Virus record (IMG/VR): IMGVR_UViG_3300044228_002718
Span: 1-62,788 of that record
Reading direction: 5' to 3' (one strand)
From: a virus
Taxonomy: Duplodnaviria > Caudoviricetes
DNA length: 62,788 nt
The notes under the pieces were generated by a model that did no database searches, was not told the origin of the DNA, and was given only the letters and a program-made list of their open reading frames with translations. How positions within the stretch are numbered: position 1 is the first letter of the stretch; each line of letters opens with the position of its first letter. The position numbers and the translations under genes are program-made. Shown in pieces: positions 6,608-15,192 of this stretch.

Positions 6608-7253
6608 AGCTAATATTAGTCATGTAATAGAATTACTAGAGGCAGAAAAACCAATAACAAAGAAACAAGCCTGTGAAATATTAAACATAACATACAATAC
6701 AACTAGATTAGCAAATATAATAAAAGAACACAAAGAAGATATAGAATATAAGGCTAGAAGAAAAGCCGAGAAAAAAGGAACAGGGGCTACAGAAGATGAA
6801 ATAAAGTATGTAGCTCAATCATACATAGATGGCGATAATGTTTCAGATATTGCGAAAGGAATATTTCGTTCGCCTTCTTTTGTAAGAGGAATTATAGAAA
6901 GACTAGGAATTCCTAAAAAGTATGCTCAGACAGATTATGATGGAATACGAAACTCTGTCTTGCCTGACCAGTGTGTTTCTGACACATTTGAAGAGGGTGA
7001 AATCGTATGGGCAAGAAAGAAAAACTATCCTGCGATAGTAATAAGAGAACACACAAAACTAATGAAAGATGGTCGTACTTACGAACAAAAGTACGGCTGT
7101 AAGTGTTATCTACTGTATACCATAGAGTGTACAGACTTAAGTGAAACTCTATTTCCTCAATTAGAGTTTGCAGGTGGTTATCATTCTTGTATGGCATATG
7201 ATATAGGAAGCCTAAGACACTTAGAGAAGTATGTAAATGTACTATCTAAGTAG
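6570..7253 (+). CDS. T5 D2-like protein
   Basis: ITKKQACEILNI..NTTRL and SDIAKGIFRSPSFV HTH-like segments; position upstream of D3 as in T5. Confidence 0.7.
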   Translation: MRTKKRDYEKLTEANISHVIELLEAEKPITKKQACEILNITYNTTRLANIIKEHKEDIEYKARRKAEKKGTGATEDEIKYVAQSYIDGDNVSDIAKGIFRSPSFVRGIIERLGIPKKYAQTDYDGIRNSVLPDQCVSDTFEEGEIVWARKKNYPAIVIREHTKLMKDGRTYEQKYGCKCYLLYTIECTDLSETLFPQLEFAGGYHSCMAYDIGSLRHLEKYVNVLSK

Positions 7254-7269
7254 TATTAAGGAAAGACCA

Positions 7270-7521
7270 ATGGAAATATTTTTGGCAATTTATATAAGTG
7301 GTGTAATTACGGCTATGTACGCACTTTACTGGCCTGCTTGGAAAATTATTCGAGCAGTTAATCCAGATAACCTATTAGTTAGAAAATGGTTATTGTCTAC
7401 AATAGTTGTATTTATAATGTTTTTATTTACTTTTCCCGTATTTATACTTGCCTTACTTTTTCCAAATAAGACACAGCGTTTTATTAATGGTTTTGTAAAA
7501 GGAGCAAATGGAGAAGAATGA
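7270..7521 (+). CDS. membrane protein, hypothetical
   Basis: Two hydrophobic segments; start re-called behind AAGGA. Confidence 0.7.
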   Translation: MEIFLAIYISGVITAMYALYWPAWKIIRAVNPDNLLVRKWLLSTIVVFIMFLFTFPVFILALLFPNKTQRFINGFVKGANGEE

Positions 7522-7715
7522 ATAGTTTATTAGAAGCAATCATAAAGAAAGCGGAGGGAGAGATAGCAGTAGCAAAAGGAAATATATCAGTATATTTACG
7601 AAATCCTACAGCTATTGGCGACCACCCAAATATAGTAGAAGCTATTGAAACACAAATAGATAGAATAGCCGAAGCGCACGAGAAAATTGAAACTATCAAA
7701 GAGCATTTTAGTTAG
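7518..7715 (+). CDS. hypothetical protein
   Basis: GGAG SD, ATGA overlap; YLRNPTAIGDHPNI motif. Confidence 0.75.
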   Translation: MNSLLEAIIKKAEGEIAVAKGNISVYLRNPTAIGDHPNIVEAIETQIDRIAEAHEKIETIKEHFS

Positions 7716-7732
7716 GAACAAAAAAATAGTTC

Positions 7733-7761
7733 TTGACTTTTGGTTAAATTTTTCATATAAT
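7733..7761 (+). promoter_or_regulatory. sigma70-type promoter
   Basis: AAAAATAGTTC-TTGACT-17-TATAAT. Confidence 0.88.
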
Positions 7762-7783
7762 ATATATTAATGGAAATAAATCT

Positions 7784-8257
7784 ATGAGTGACAGATTTTA
7801 TCAACAAATGCTTAGTTCGACTGGTTGGTGTCCAGGCTATCGTGCCACGACATCAATCGAGGATTATGAAAACAAATTCGGAAAATTAAGGAGAAAAAGA
7901 AAAATGGCTTGGGAAGATTCAAGAAAACAAGAGGCAGTAGATATGTACACTAGTGCAGAACCTACTCCAGAGACCTCAATGGAAATTGTAGCAGATATCG
8001 CTGAACAGATGGGCGAATCTGTAAATGGTGTTAGAATGATACTAACTAAAGCTGGAGTTTATGTAAAGAAAACACCAGCAGCTAGAAGTTCATCTAACGG
8101 TAACGGTGGTGGAAGAGTTTCTGTTGCAGACGCACAGAATTCTTTAACTAATGCTCTTACTGACGCAGGTATTGATGTTGATTCAGCAATCATATCAAAA
8201 CTTACAGGTAAGGCAGCTGTTTACTTTACTTCTGTAATAGAAAAGCTAAACAATTAA
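7784..8257 (+). CDS. T5 D3-like DNA-binding protein (strong internal start at 7904)
   Basis: SMEIVADIAEQMGESVNGVRMILTKAGVYVKK and KLTGKAAVYF; T5 gene order. Confidence 0.75.
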   Translation: MSDRFYQQMLSSTGWCPGYRATTSIEDYENKFGKLRRKRKMAWEDSRKQEAVDMYTSAEPTPETSMEIVADIAEQMGESVNGVRMILTKAGVYVKKTPAARSSSNGNGGGRVSVADAQNSLTNALTDAGIDVDSAIISKLTGKAAVYFTSVIEKLNN

Positions 8258-8271
8258 TTTAGTATTTCTTA

Positions 8272-8299
8272 GCAGGGACAACTATGTCCCTGCATTTTT
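8272..8299 (+). terminator. intrinsic terminator
   Basis: GCAGGGACA-ACTA-TGTCCCTGC followed by ATTTTT. Confidence 0.82.
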
Positions 8300-8366
8300 A
8301 CATCTTTAAAAAGAACCAAAAGTTTAACAATTCAAAAAATTTTGTTAGATTAAACTGGAGGAACGA

Positions 8367-8630
8367 ATGACAAAAGATGATTTTAAAAAGAAAATGGACG
8401 ATGCTGGAGACGCATATGTCACATATCGAAGTAGAAATAGTAGAAAACTAAAATACAATATATGCACTAGGGATTTCTCAACTCCCTATATAAAAGCTAG
8501 AAAGAACAGGGCAAAGGAAGGCTCAGATACTGTGCTGCTCTTTTGTTGGGATACTGATTCTTATAGATTACTTAATTACAAAGATGTAACTAAAATTTTA
8601 CCTTTGAACAAGGTGGTGAAGAATGATTGA
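8367..8630 (+). CDS. conserved T5-like hypothetical protein
   Basis: GGAGG SD; position between D3 and the PC4-like gene as in T5. Confidence 0.75.
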   Translation: MTKDDFKKKMDDAGDAYVTYRSRNSRKLKYNICTRDFSTPYIKARKNRAKEGSDTVLLFCWDTDSYRLLNYKDVTKILPLNKVVKND

Positions 8631-8925
8631 TTTACAGGAACCACCATTTTATGAAAAAACCATCAACTATGATGAAAATAAACATATAAAAATATGTCTT
8701 ACAGTTCATACATTCAAAGGAGTTGAGTGGTTATCCATCAGAAAATATTACCAAGACTTTGACGAAGAGTGGAAGCCAGGTAATGAAGGAATAACTATGC
8801 CGTTGGACTTAGATAATGCAAGAGAAATGTTCCTAGGATTAGTAGAAATATTATCTCTAGCTGAAAGTAAAACGATACTCGAACAAGAGTTCAAAGAAAT
8901 TTTAGATAAAATTTACCTCAACTAA
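8623..8925 (+). CDS. PC4-like ssDNA-binding protein
   Basis: TFKGVEWLSIRKYYQD..EWKPGNEGITM fits the PC4/p15 fold; T5 encodes one at this position. Confidence 0.8.
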   Translation: MIDLQEPPFYEKTINYDENKHIKICLTVHTFKGVEWLSIRKYYQDFDEEWKPGNEGITMPLDLDNAREMFLGLVEILSLAESKTILEQEFKEILDKIYLN

Positions 8926-8934
8926 AAATATTTC

Positions 8935-8963
8935 TTGACTTTTGCTTATAATTTTGATATAAT
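8935..8963 (+). promoter_or_regulatory. sigma70-type promoter
   Basis: AAAAATATTTC-TTGACT-17-TATAAT; ATG 6 nt downstream. Confidence 0.88.
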
Positions 8964-8969
8964 ATATGT

Positions 8970-9263
8970 ATGATTATAAATGGAAGTTTAAATTACGATA
9001 TATATGGGAGAAGAAAGAAGTCTACTCCCAGAAAAAGAACAAACCGTCAAGGGGCTGTAGCTCAGATGGGAGAGCGTCGCGTTTGCACCGCGAAGGTCGC
9101 TGGTTCGACTCCAGTCAGCTCCACCAAACTGCCTAAGTATACCCCCGCAGAAGATACTTCTTACAAAAAGAAGATTAGTAGTAAGTATACTGTAGCTATA
9201 GCATATAACAAGGGAGCTTATCAAGTTATCCCTAAATCAGACATTAAAGATATAGGAAAATGA
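8970..9263 (+). CDS. basic hypothetical protein whose coding sequence contains a tRNA
   Basis: Leaderless-position ATG; C-terminal AYNKGAYQVI motif recalled from other phage hypotheticals; ATGA overlap with ligase A. Confidence 0.65.
   Translation: MIINGSLNYDIYGRRKKSTPRKRTNRQGAVAQMGERRVCTAKVAGSTPVSSTKLPKYTPAEDTSYKKKISSKYTVAIAYNKGAYQVIPKSDIKDIGK
9051..9126 (+). tRNA. tRNA-Ala(UGC)
   Basis: 76-nt cloverleaf: GGGGCTG/CAGCTCC acceptor with G3:U70, GCTC/GAGC D stem, TCGCG/CGCGA stem with anticodon TGC at 9084-9086, GGTTCGA T loop, encoded CCA. Confidence 0.95.
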
Positions 9264-10189
9264 AGTTACAAGAGTATATAGAGTATTGTGAAAAAATGTA
9301 TTACGAGGGAACACCTGTAATAGATGATGAAGTCTTTGACAGACTAAAAGTGCAATACGACTATGTAGGATTTAAAAGTGACGACAATAAAGTTCCTCAT
9401 GCTTTCAAACTTTATAGTTTACAAAAAGTTTTTGAAGGAGAGGATACTCCGCCATCTTGGGCAAAAGACGATGCATGCATTGTTACACCCAAGTTAGATG
9501 GAGCAGCTGTTAGTGTAAGTTACCATGGTGGTCTTACACTTGCTCTTACTAGAGGCGATGGAAAACATGGAGTAGATATTACCAATTTGGTTAAGCACCT
9601 AGTTCCTCCAACTATTCCATTACCATTTCTTCAAGTAGTAGGTGAAGTAGTTGCTCCGAAGAGCATACCAAATGCTAGAAACTATGCTGCTGGGGCATTG
9701 AACTTAAAGAATGAACAAGAGTTCCTCTCCAGAGACCTAGTATTCATAGCACATAGTTGTGAACCTGTAAATGGTAGCCCAACTTATTTAGAAGATATGA
9801 AAATGCTTTCAGAGTATGGATTTGAAACTGTACTGACTTGCGATGCTAGTATGTATCCTCAAGATGGCGAGGTTTTTAGAATTGACAGTAATGAAAAATA
9901 TCAAGAACTAGGATATACTTCACACCACCCGAGAGGAGCATTTGCTTTTAAAACTAGGGAAGAAGGAGTAGTAACTACTCTACTTGATGTGGAGTGGAAT
10001 GTTGGTAAGTCTGGAGCAGTTTCTCCAGTTGCAATTCTAGAGCCTATCGTAATTGATGACGCAAACATTACAAGAGCAACTCTACACAATGCTGGGTTTA
10101 TAAAAGGACTAGGCTTGGAGATAGGTTGCAAAGTAGAAGTTATACGAAGTGGCAAAATTATACCAAAGATAGTAAGGAGAGTAGAGTGA
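9260..10189 (+). CDS. ligA: NAD-dependent DNA ligase, subunit A (adenylation + OB domains)
   Basis: TPKLDG, LTRGDG, VVGEVV, RNYAAG, QDGEV, HHPRGAFAFK, ATLHN, RSGKIIP. Confidence 0.93.
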   Translation: MKLQEYIEYCEKMYYEGTPVIDDEVFDRLKVQYDYVGFKSDDNKVPHAFKLYSLQKVFEGEDTPPSWAKDDACIVTPKLDGAAVSVSYHGGLTLALTRGDGKHGVDITNLVKHLVPPTIPLPFLQVVGEVVAPKSIPNARNYAAGALNLKNEQEFLSRDLVFIAHSCEPVNGSPTYLEDMKMLSEYGFETVLTCDASMYPQDGEVFRIDSNEKYQELGYTSHHPRGAFAFKTREEGVVTTLLDVEWNVGKSGAVSPVAILEPIVIDDANITRATLHNAGFIKGLGLEIGCKVEVIRSGKIIPKIVRRVE

Positions 10190-10359
10190 TATTATACTCA
10201 GAAAGACAGTTAAAAACTGAATACGACTTATGGGTACATGAGCAACTAAGAATACAGAAACGAACAGGAGTCAAGTTTGAAATACCTGACATAGAGGTAT
10301 TCAGACGAGATGTATATGAACCAACATTAGAAGAGGTGTATAAAGACGATGCTTTTTGA
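10186..10359 (+). CDS. hypothetical protein
   Basis: GTG overlapping the ligA stop, behind AAGGAG. Confidence 0.6.
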   Translation: MILYSERQLKTEYDLWVHEQLRIQKRTGVKFEIPDIEVFRRDVYEPTLEEVYKDDAF

Positions 10360-10468
10360 AAGTAAATTACTAACAATTATTGTTATTATTCTAGCAGTCT
10401 TTGCATTTGTATTGTTCTTTTTTGACGATACAGACCCACCTGATATTAGTATGTGGAGAGATGACTAA
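10349..10468 (+). CDS. small membrane protein (39 aa)
   Basis: Read by hand: MLFESKLLTIIVIILAVFAFVLFFFDDTDPPDISMWRDD; overlaps both neighbours. Confidence 0.55.
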   Translation: MLFESKLLTIIVIILAVFAFVLFFFDDTDPPDISMWRDD

Positions 10469-10686
10469 TGGAAAAGCCAATATTATTACACTCTTACTGG
10501 AGAGATAAAAGAAAAGCAGAAGTATATAAATATCATGACCATTACATAGTGAGATGCTATGATGGTGATGAAATGTTAGGAACAAGAATTATAAAAGAAC
10601 ATAGTGAAAGATATGCGGAAGATGCCGCTGAAAACTATGTCGATGGATTATGGGAGTTAGAAGATAAAGAACATGGGATTTTTTAG
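10468..10686 (+). CDS. hypothetical protein
   Basis: GGAG SD; HSERYAEDAAENYV motif. Confidence 0.75.
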   Translation: MEKPILLHSYWRDKRKAEVYKYHDHYIVRCYDGDEMLGTRIIKEHSERYAEDAAENYVDGLWELEDKEHGIF

Positions 10687-10924
10687 TAGAGACAAAAGAA
10701 GTGTGAGAATACACAAGGAGTCTGCCTTTAGTATAGGCAGTGCTTTAATCACACAGTTTCCCTTAAATTACTTAATACTGTGGTTATGTATTGAGATTTG
10801 GGATATTACAAGTGCGTGGTCGCTGTCAGTTATATCAGTAGCATTTATGACAGTCACAGCATACATTCGAGTGTTTTATACACGATTATACTTTTCACAG
10901 AGGTATAAAGAGAATGATTTATAA
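10673..10924 (+). CDS. two-TM membrane protein
   Basis: Hydrophobic helices; operon overlap. Confidence 0.7.
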   Translation: MGFFSRDKRSVRIHKESAFSIGSALITQFPLNYLILWLCIEIWDITSAWSLSVISVAFMTVTAYIRVFYTRLYFSQRYKENDL

Positions 10925-11012
10925 TAAATTAAAATCAGCTCCATACGGAGATGGTTTTAGATGGTTTCGACTTGCTTATAGAATGAAATTGTGGTTATTC
11001 CGTGGCAGGTAA
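10914..11012 (+). CDS. small hypothetical protein (32 aa)
   Basis: Read by hand: MIYNKLKSAPYGDGFRWFRLAYRMKLWLFRGR; fills the gap and overlaps both neighbours. Confidence 0.4.
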   Translation: MIYNKLKSAPYGDGFRWFRLAYRMKLWLFRGR

Positions 11013-11391
11013 GTATAACGAAACCTACTTTAAGAACAGGCCTGAAGAAAAAGAGAAGCCTGGTATCTTATATTTAATTAAAATGATAAACCCTGAGACG
11101 GGCGAAAAGTTTATTAAAGTAGGGATAGCCAAAGGCAGAAAAGGAAAAACAGGCAGAGGAACACTCCAAAGAGGAGTTAGTGGTGACTTCTATTCACCAC
11201 AGTATAGACAAATGAGAGTTAGAGAGTGGTTTGGACCAATCTATGATTGTTGGAAAATGGAACAAGCCATTCATGAAAAATACAAGGAAGATTCATATAA
11301 ACCTTCCATAAAATTTGGTGGACATACCGAATGTTTTAACTTCGAATGTTTGCTAAAGATTAACCAAGACTTTCCAAAAAATAGTTCTTGA
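11002..11391 (+). CDS. GIY-YIG superfamily (T5orf172-like) endonuclease
   Basis: GILYLI...FIKVGI...MEQAIH...FGGHTECF. Confidence 0.7.
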   Translation: MAGKYNETYFKNRPEEKEKPGILYLIKMINPETGEKFIKVGIAKGRKGKTGRGTLQRGVSGDFYSPQYRQMRVREWFGPIYDCWKMEQAIHEKYKEDSYKPSIKFGGHTECFNFECLLKINQDFPKNSS

Positions 11392-11417
11392 CAAACGTTG
11401 GTGTTTTATTGTATAAT
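11388..11417 (+). promoter_or_regulatory. sigma70-type promoter upstream of ligase B
   Basis: AAAAATAGTTC-TTGACA-18-TATAAT. Confidence 0.8.
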
Positions 11418-11428
11418 ATACTTATATT

Positions 11429-12199
11429 TTGAAAAGACAGATGAAAGAAATAGATATACCAGTGAATTGTCCAGCTTGTGGCTCTGTGCTACAGCTAGTC
11501 AATGAACAGTTATTCTGTTACAACGATTCTTGTCATGCGAAGTCTTCGAAACAAGTAGAAAACTTTGCAAAGACTCTCAAAATTAAAGGACTTGGCCCTG
11601 CCACTATCAGTAGGTTGGGCATACAAGACCTTCACGATATTTATTCATTTTCACAGAATGAGTTATGTGACTTGCTAGGGTCGGAGAAATTGGGTATCAA
11701 GCTACACCATGAAATAGAGAAAAGTAAAGCTGTTGACCTCATTACTCTCTTACCTGCATTTAGCATTTCATTAATTGGTCGAACTGCGACTGAAAAGCTG
11801 TCTCGAGTAGTTTCGCACATAAGTGAGATTAATCCAGCAACTTGCTCAGAAGCAGGTCTCGGCCCTAAAGCTACGGATAGTCTAGTAGATTGGTTAGTTA
11901 ATAATTTTCATACTAACGAATACTATAAACTTCCCTTTTCTTTTAGTTGCAAAACTACTCAGCCAAAAGAAAATGTGAACGGCACAGTATGTATCACGGG
12001 TAAATTAAAGAGTTATCCAACTAAAGCTGCGGCAAAAGCAGTATTAGAAAAGTTGGGATACATAGTAAAAGACAACCTAACAAAAGAAGTTACTGTGCTA
12101 ATAAATGAAAGTGGATTAGAAAGTAGTAAAACCAAGACTGCTCGAGAACGAGGAGTCCAGATAATTGAAAATTTAAAAAAATTTATAGGAGAAAAATAA
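11429..12199 (+). CDS. ligB: NAD-dependent DNA ligase, subunit B (Zn finger, HhH, BRCT)
   Basis: CPACGS...CYNDSC Zn finger; IKGLGP HhH; VCITGKL...SSKTKTA BRCT. Confidence 0.9.
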   Translation: MKRQMKEIDIPVNCPACGSVLQLVNEQLFCYNDSCHAKSSKQVENFAKTLKIKGLGPATISRLGIQDLHDIYSFSQNELCDLLGSEKLGIKLHHEIEKSKAVDLITLLPAFSISLIGRTATEKLSRVVSHISEINPATCSEAGLGPKATDSLVDWLVNNFHTNEYYKLPFSFSCKTTQPKENVNGTVCITGKLKSYPTKAAAKAVLEKLGYIVKDNLTKEVTVLINESGLESSKTKTARERGVQIIENLKKFIGEK

Positions 12200-12200
12200 A

Positions 12201-12914
12201 ATGGCATTACCAAAATGGACAGACGAGAGAACACAATCTCTTGTTGATTTTGTAGGCGAAGGCCCTGTTTCTCAAGTTGTTGTTGCACAAGCGGCAGAAG
12301 AATTAGAAACTTCTTCAAGAAGTGTTTCTTCAAAACTTAGAAAAATGGGTTACGAAGTTGAATTAGCTTCAGCTTCAGCTTCTAAGTCTTTTTCAGACGA
12401 GCAAGAAGCAACATTAAATAACTTTGTTGTAGATAACAGCGGAGTTTATACTTATGCGGAAATCGCACAGAACTTTGAAGGCGGAGCATTTAGTGCTAAG
12501 TCTATTCAAGGTAAAATTCTTTCTATGGAACTTACAGAGCATGTTAAACCTGCTCCTAAGCCAGAAAGTGTTAGAACTTACACACCTCAAGAAGAGGAGC
12601 AGTTTGTATCAATGGTACAAGGTGGTTCTTTTGTTGAAGAGATTGCAGAAGCTCTCGGTAAGAGTGTAAATTCTATCAGAGGTAAAGCATTATCATTACT
12701 AAGAAGTGGTGACATCAATGCTATACCAAAGCAAAAAGAGACTAAGGGTTCAAGCAAGGCAGACGTCCTAGCTGACTTAGATATCTCAGGCATGTCAGTT
12801 GAAGATATTGCAAATGAAATCGGAAAGACTGTTAGAGGTGTTAAAACCATGCTAACAAGAAGAGGACTTCAGTGTGCAGACTACAACGGCGCTGCTAAAA
12901 AAGAAATCGGCTAG
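12201..12914 (+). CDS. T5 D5-like DNA-binding protein / transcription regulator
   Basis: Repeated HTH units; KTVRGVKTMLTRRGL; follows ligB as in T5. Confidence 0.85.
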   Translation: MALPKWTDERTQSLVDFVGEGPVSQVVVAQAAEELETSSRSVSSKLRKMGYEVELASASASKSFSDEQEATLNNFVVDNSGVYTYAEIAQNFEGGAFSAKSIQGKILSMELTEHVKPAPKPESVRTYTPQEEEQFVSMVQGGSFVEEIAEALGKSVNSIRGKALSLLRSGDINAIPKQKETKGSSKADVLADLDISGMSVEDIANEIGKTVRGVKTMLTRRGLQCADYNGAAKKEIG

Positions 12915-12928
12915 TTAAAATTTCTTTC

Positions 12929-12970
12929 GGGGGCTTCTATCACGAGTGATGGCCCCCACTTTATTATTTT
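12929..12970 (+). terminator. probable terminator
   Basis: GGGGGCT...ATCAC-GA-GTGAT-GGCCCCC followed by a T-rich run. Confidence 0.65.
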
Positions 12971-12982
12971 AGGGAGGTAGAA

Positions 12983-14344
12983 TTGAATCTTGCTTCGGCA
13001 CTTATAAAACAGATAATTATACAAGATGATATAGAAACTTGGAGTGCACTTAAGGAAAATTACCTAAGTGGAGACCTTCAAGGGATTTTTCGCGTCTTGA
13101 ATAATCATGTTGAGTTATATAAGAAACTTCCTACCTTTGAGGAGTTACACTTTGAAGTAAGAGATGAAGCTACCCTAGATAAAATTTATGCGATAGAGTC
13201 TGTAGAAACAGATATTGACGCATGGATGCTGTTAGATTATTTAAAGAACGAGTATACCCAAACAGAGATATTTAAAGAGCTAGAACAATTTATTGACACT
13301 AGCATAGGGTTTCAAACAGCAGAAGAAAATATAAATACTTTATCTGATATAGTATTAAACGTATCGGATAGAGTTGATTTAGTTCCGCCTGAGGAAAGTA
13401 TGCAAAGAATGAATATATTTGAGTCAGACGAAGAACTTTCAAGATATTTACCACTTGGATTAAATGCAGAGTATGATGCAGACTTTGCTTTTTCACCAAA
13501 TGATTTAGTATTAGTTGGTGGTAGAAGAGGAGCTGGTAAATCTTTGACTTGTTGTAATGTTGCAGTCAATGCTTATAATCAAAACAAGTCTTCAATCTAT
13601 TTTACTATCGAGATGGATAGTAGAGCAATACTACAAAGAATGTGTTCCATAGCAACTGGAATACCAATGAAAAGACTAAGAACAAAAGAAATGGCTCCAC
13701 TAGAGTGGCATGAATTAGCAAAGTGGTGGGCAGGAAGATATGAGAATGGATTAGAGATATTAGCTAAGTACTCTAACATAAAAGAAGAATTCAATGATTT
13801 TCATAGAGATTTAACAAGAGAGCCACTACACAAAGAAAGACAACTAGATATTGTTTATGACCCTGGGCTTACATTAGGAAGAATACAAGCAGAGCTAAAA
13901 CAAAAAGTAGAAGTTATAAAGCCAGGAGTAATTATAGTAGACTATCTAAACCAAGTAACAAGAAACAACAGACCAAGCCGATCGGGTCAGTACGATTGGA
14001 TAGAACAAGTAGAGATTAGTAAAACACTAAAATCATATGCACAAGAGTATGGAGCTATGGTATTCTCTCCGTATCAAACAGATTCAACAGGAGAAGCTAG
14101 ATTTGCAAAAGGCATACTAGATGCTGCCGATGCTGCTTACTCCTTGAATGTTTGGGAGCAAGAAGATAACTGTATGACATTCAATTGTGTAAAAATGAGG
14201 AGTAGAGAAATGAAATCGTTTACAAGTGCTGTGAATTGGGAAACATTAAGGATTGGTCCTGAATCAGCAATGAATCCAGAGGAGAAGTCGGCACTAAAAG
14301 AACAAATGTTTGAGGGAGAAGGAGCGCAAGAAGAAATTAGATGA
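12983..14344 (+). CDS. DnaB-like replicative helicase (T5 D6-like)
   Basis: GGRRGAGKS Walker A, FTIEM, IVDYLNQ, SPYQ, KMR; TTG start behind GGGAGG. Confidence 0.92.
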   Translation: MNLASALIKQIIIQDDIETWSALKENYLSGDLQGIFRVLNNHVELYKKLPTFEELHFEVRDEATLDKIYAIESVETDIDAWMLLDYLKNEYTQTEIFKELEQFIDTSIGFQTAEENINTLSDIVLNVSDRVDLVPPEESMQRMNIFESDEELSRYLPLGLNAEYDADFAFSPNDLVLVGGRRGAGKSLTCCNVAVNAYNQNKSSIYFTIEMDSRAILQRMCSIATGIPMKRLRTKEMAPLEWHELAKWWAGRYENGLEILAKYSNIKEEFNDFHRDLTREPLHKERQLDIVYDPGLTLGRIQAELKQKVEVIKPGVIIVDYLNQVTRNNRPSRSGQYDWIEQVEISKTLKSYAQEYGAMVFSPYQTDSTGEARFAKGILDAADAAYSLNVWEQEDNCMTFNCVKMRSREMKSFTSAVNWETLRIGPESAMNPEEKSALKEQMFEGEGAQEEIR

Positions 14345-15192
14345 ATGTAGAAGAGCTTCTTATAGAAAAAGATATAGAGTATACATCTAAAGGTAAAGAT
14401 TTTATAGTTAGATGTTTAAGTAAAGACCACGACGACCACAACCCCTCAATGAGAATAGATAAAGAAAGTGGTGTATTTCACTGCTTTTCTTGTGGTTATA
14501 AAGGTCAATTACATTTATTTTTTGGACTAAACCAAAATGTGCTAGACTCAACAAGAAGTAGATTAATAAATAAGATAAGATTAAAAAGACAATCAACTAC
14601 TGGAGTAGAAAAACCTAGTGGTTGGTTACCATACAAAAGTAATTTTAGAGGTATCTCAGCTGGTACTTTTGAAAAGTTTGAAACATTTACAGCAGTTATT
14701 AGCCCTTTCACAGATAGACTATGTTTTCCTGTGAGAGATATATCAACAAAGATTGTTGCCTTTGTTTGTAGAGGGAAGAGAGGTATGACTCCCAAATATT
14801 ATAACACTCCCGTTGGAGCCAACTTACCTCTCCACCCCATATCAGCAAGACCAATAAATGACACAGTTATTCTTACAGAGGGAATATTTGATGTTCTAAA
14901 GTTATGGGAAGGTGGATTAACAAATGCAATGTGTATATTTGGAGTACAAGGAGTAAACGAAGATAAGTTATCCTTGTTAAAATTAAAAGGAATTAGAAAA
15001 GTCGATGTACTACTAGATAGTGATACAGCTGGGCAGATGGGAGCAGAAAAGATAAAAACAATATGTGATAGGATTAACCTAGACGCAGAGATTAAACAAT
15101 TACCAGAGGGTATCAATGATGCTGGTGACCTTTCGGTAGAACAAGTGAGAAACATGAGGAGATTATATTATGGCAAGAATAGCATTAATTGA
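14341..15192 (+). CDS. DNA primase (CHC2 Zn finger + TOPRIM)
   Basis: CLSKDHDDHNPS...FHCFSCG; TEGIFD; DSDTAG. Confidence 0.92.
   Translation: MNVEELLIEKDIEYTSKGKDFIVRCLSKDHDDHNPSMRIDKESGVFHCFSCGYKGQLHLFFGLNQNVLDSTRSRLINKIRLKRQSTTGVEKPSGWLPYKSNFRGISAGTFEKFETFTAVISPFTDRLCFPVRDISTKIVAFVCRGKRGMTPKYYNTPVGANLPLHPISARPINDTVILTEGIFDVLKLWEGGLTNAMCIFGVQGVNEDKLSLLKLKGIRKVDVLLDSDTAGQMGAEKIKTICDRINLDAEIKQLPEGINDAGDLSVEQVRNMRRLYYGKNSIN

Noticed and set aside
9051-9126. tRNA as a prophage attachment site
   Set aside because: No integrase, no duplicated tRNA 3' end seen, and phage genes continue on both sides.
8988-9224. Antisense ORF across the tRNA
   Set aside because: No promoter or SD; the + strand tRNA and ORF explain the region.
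10190-11428. Group I intron or intein splitting the ligase
   Set aside because: ligA ends in a stop, the interval is filled with overlapping ORFs, ligB has its own promoter, and split ligase is normal for T5-like phages.
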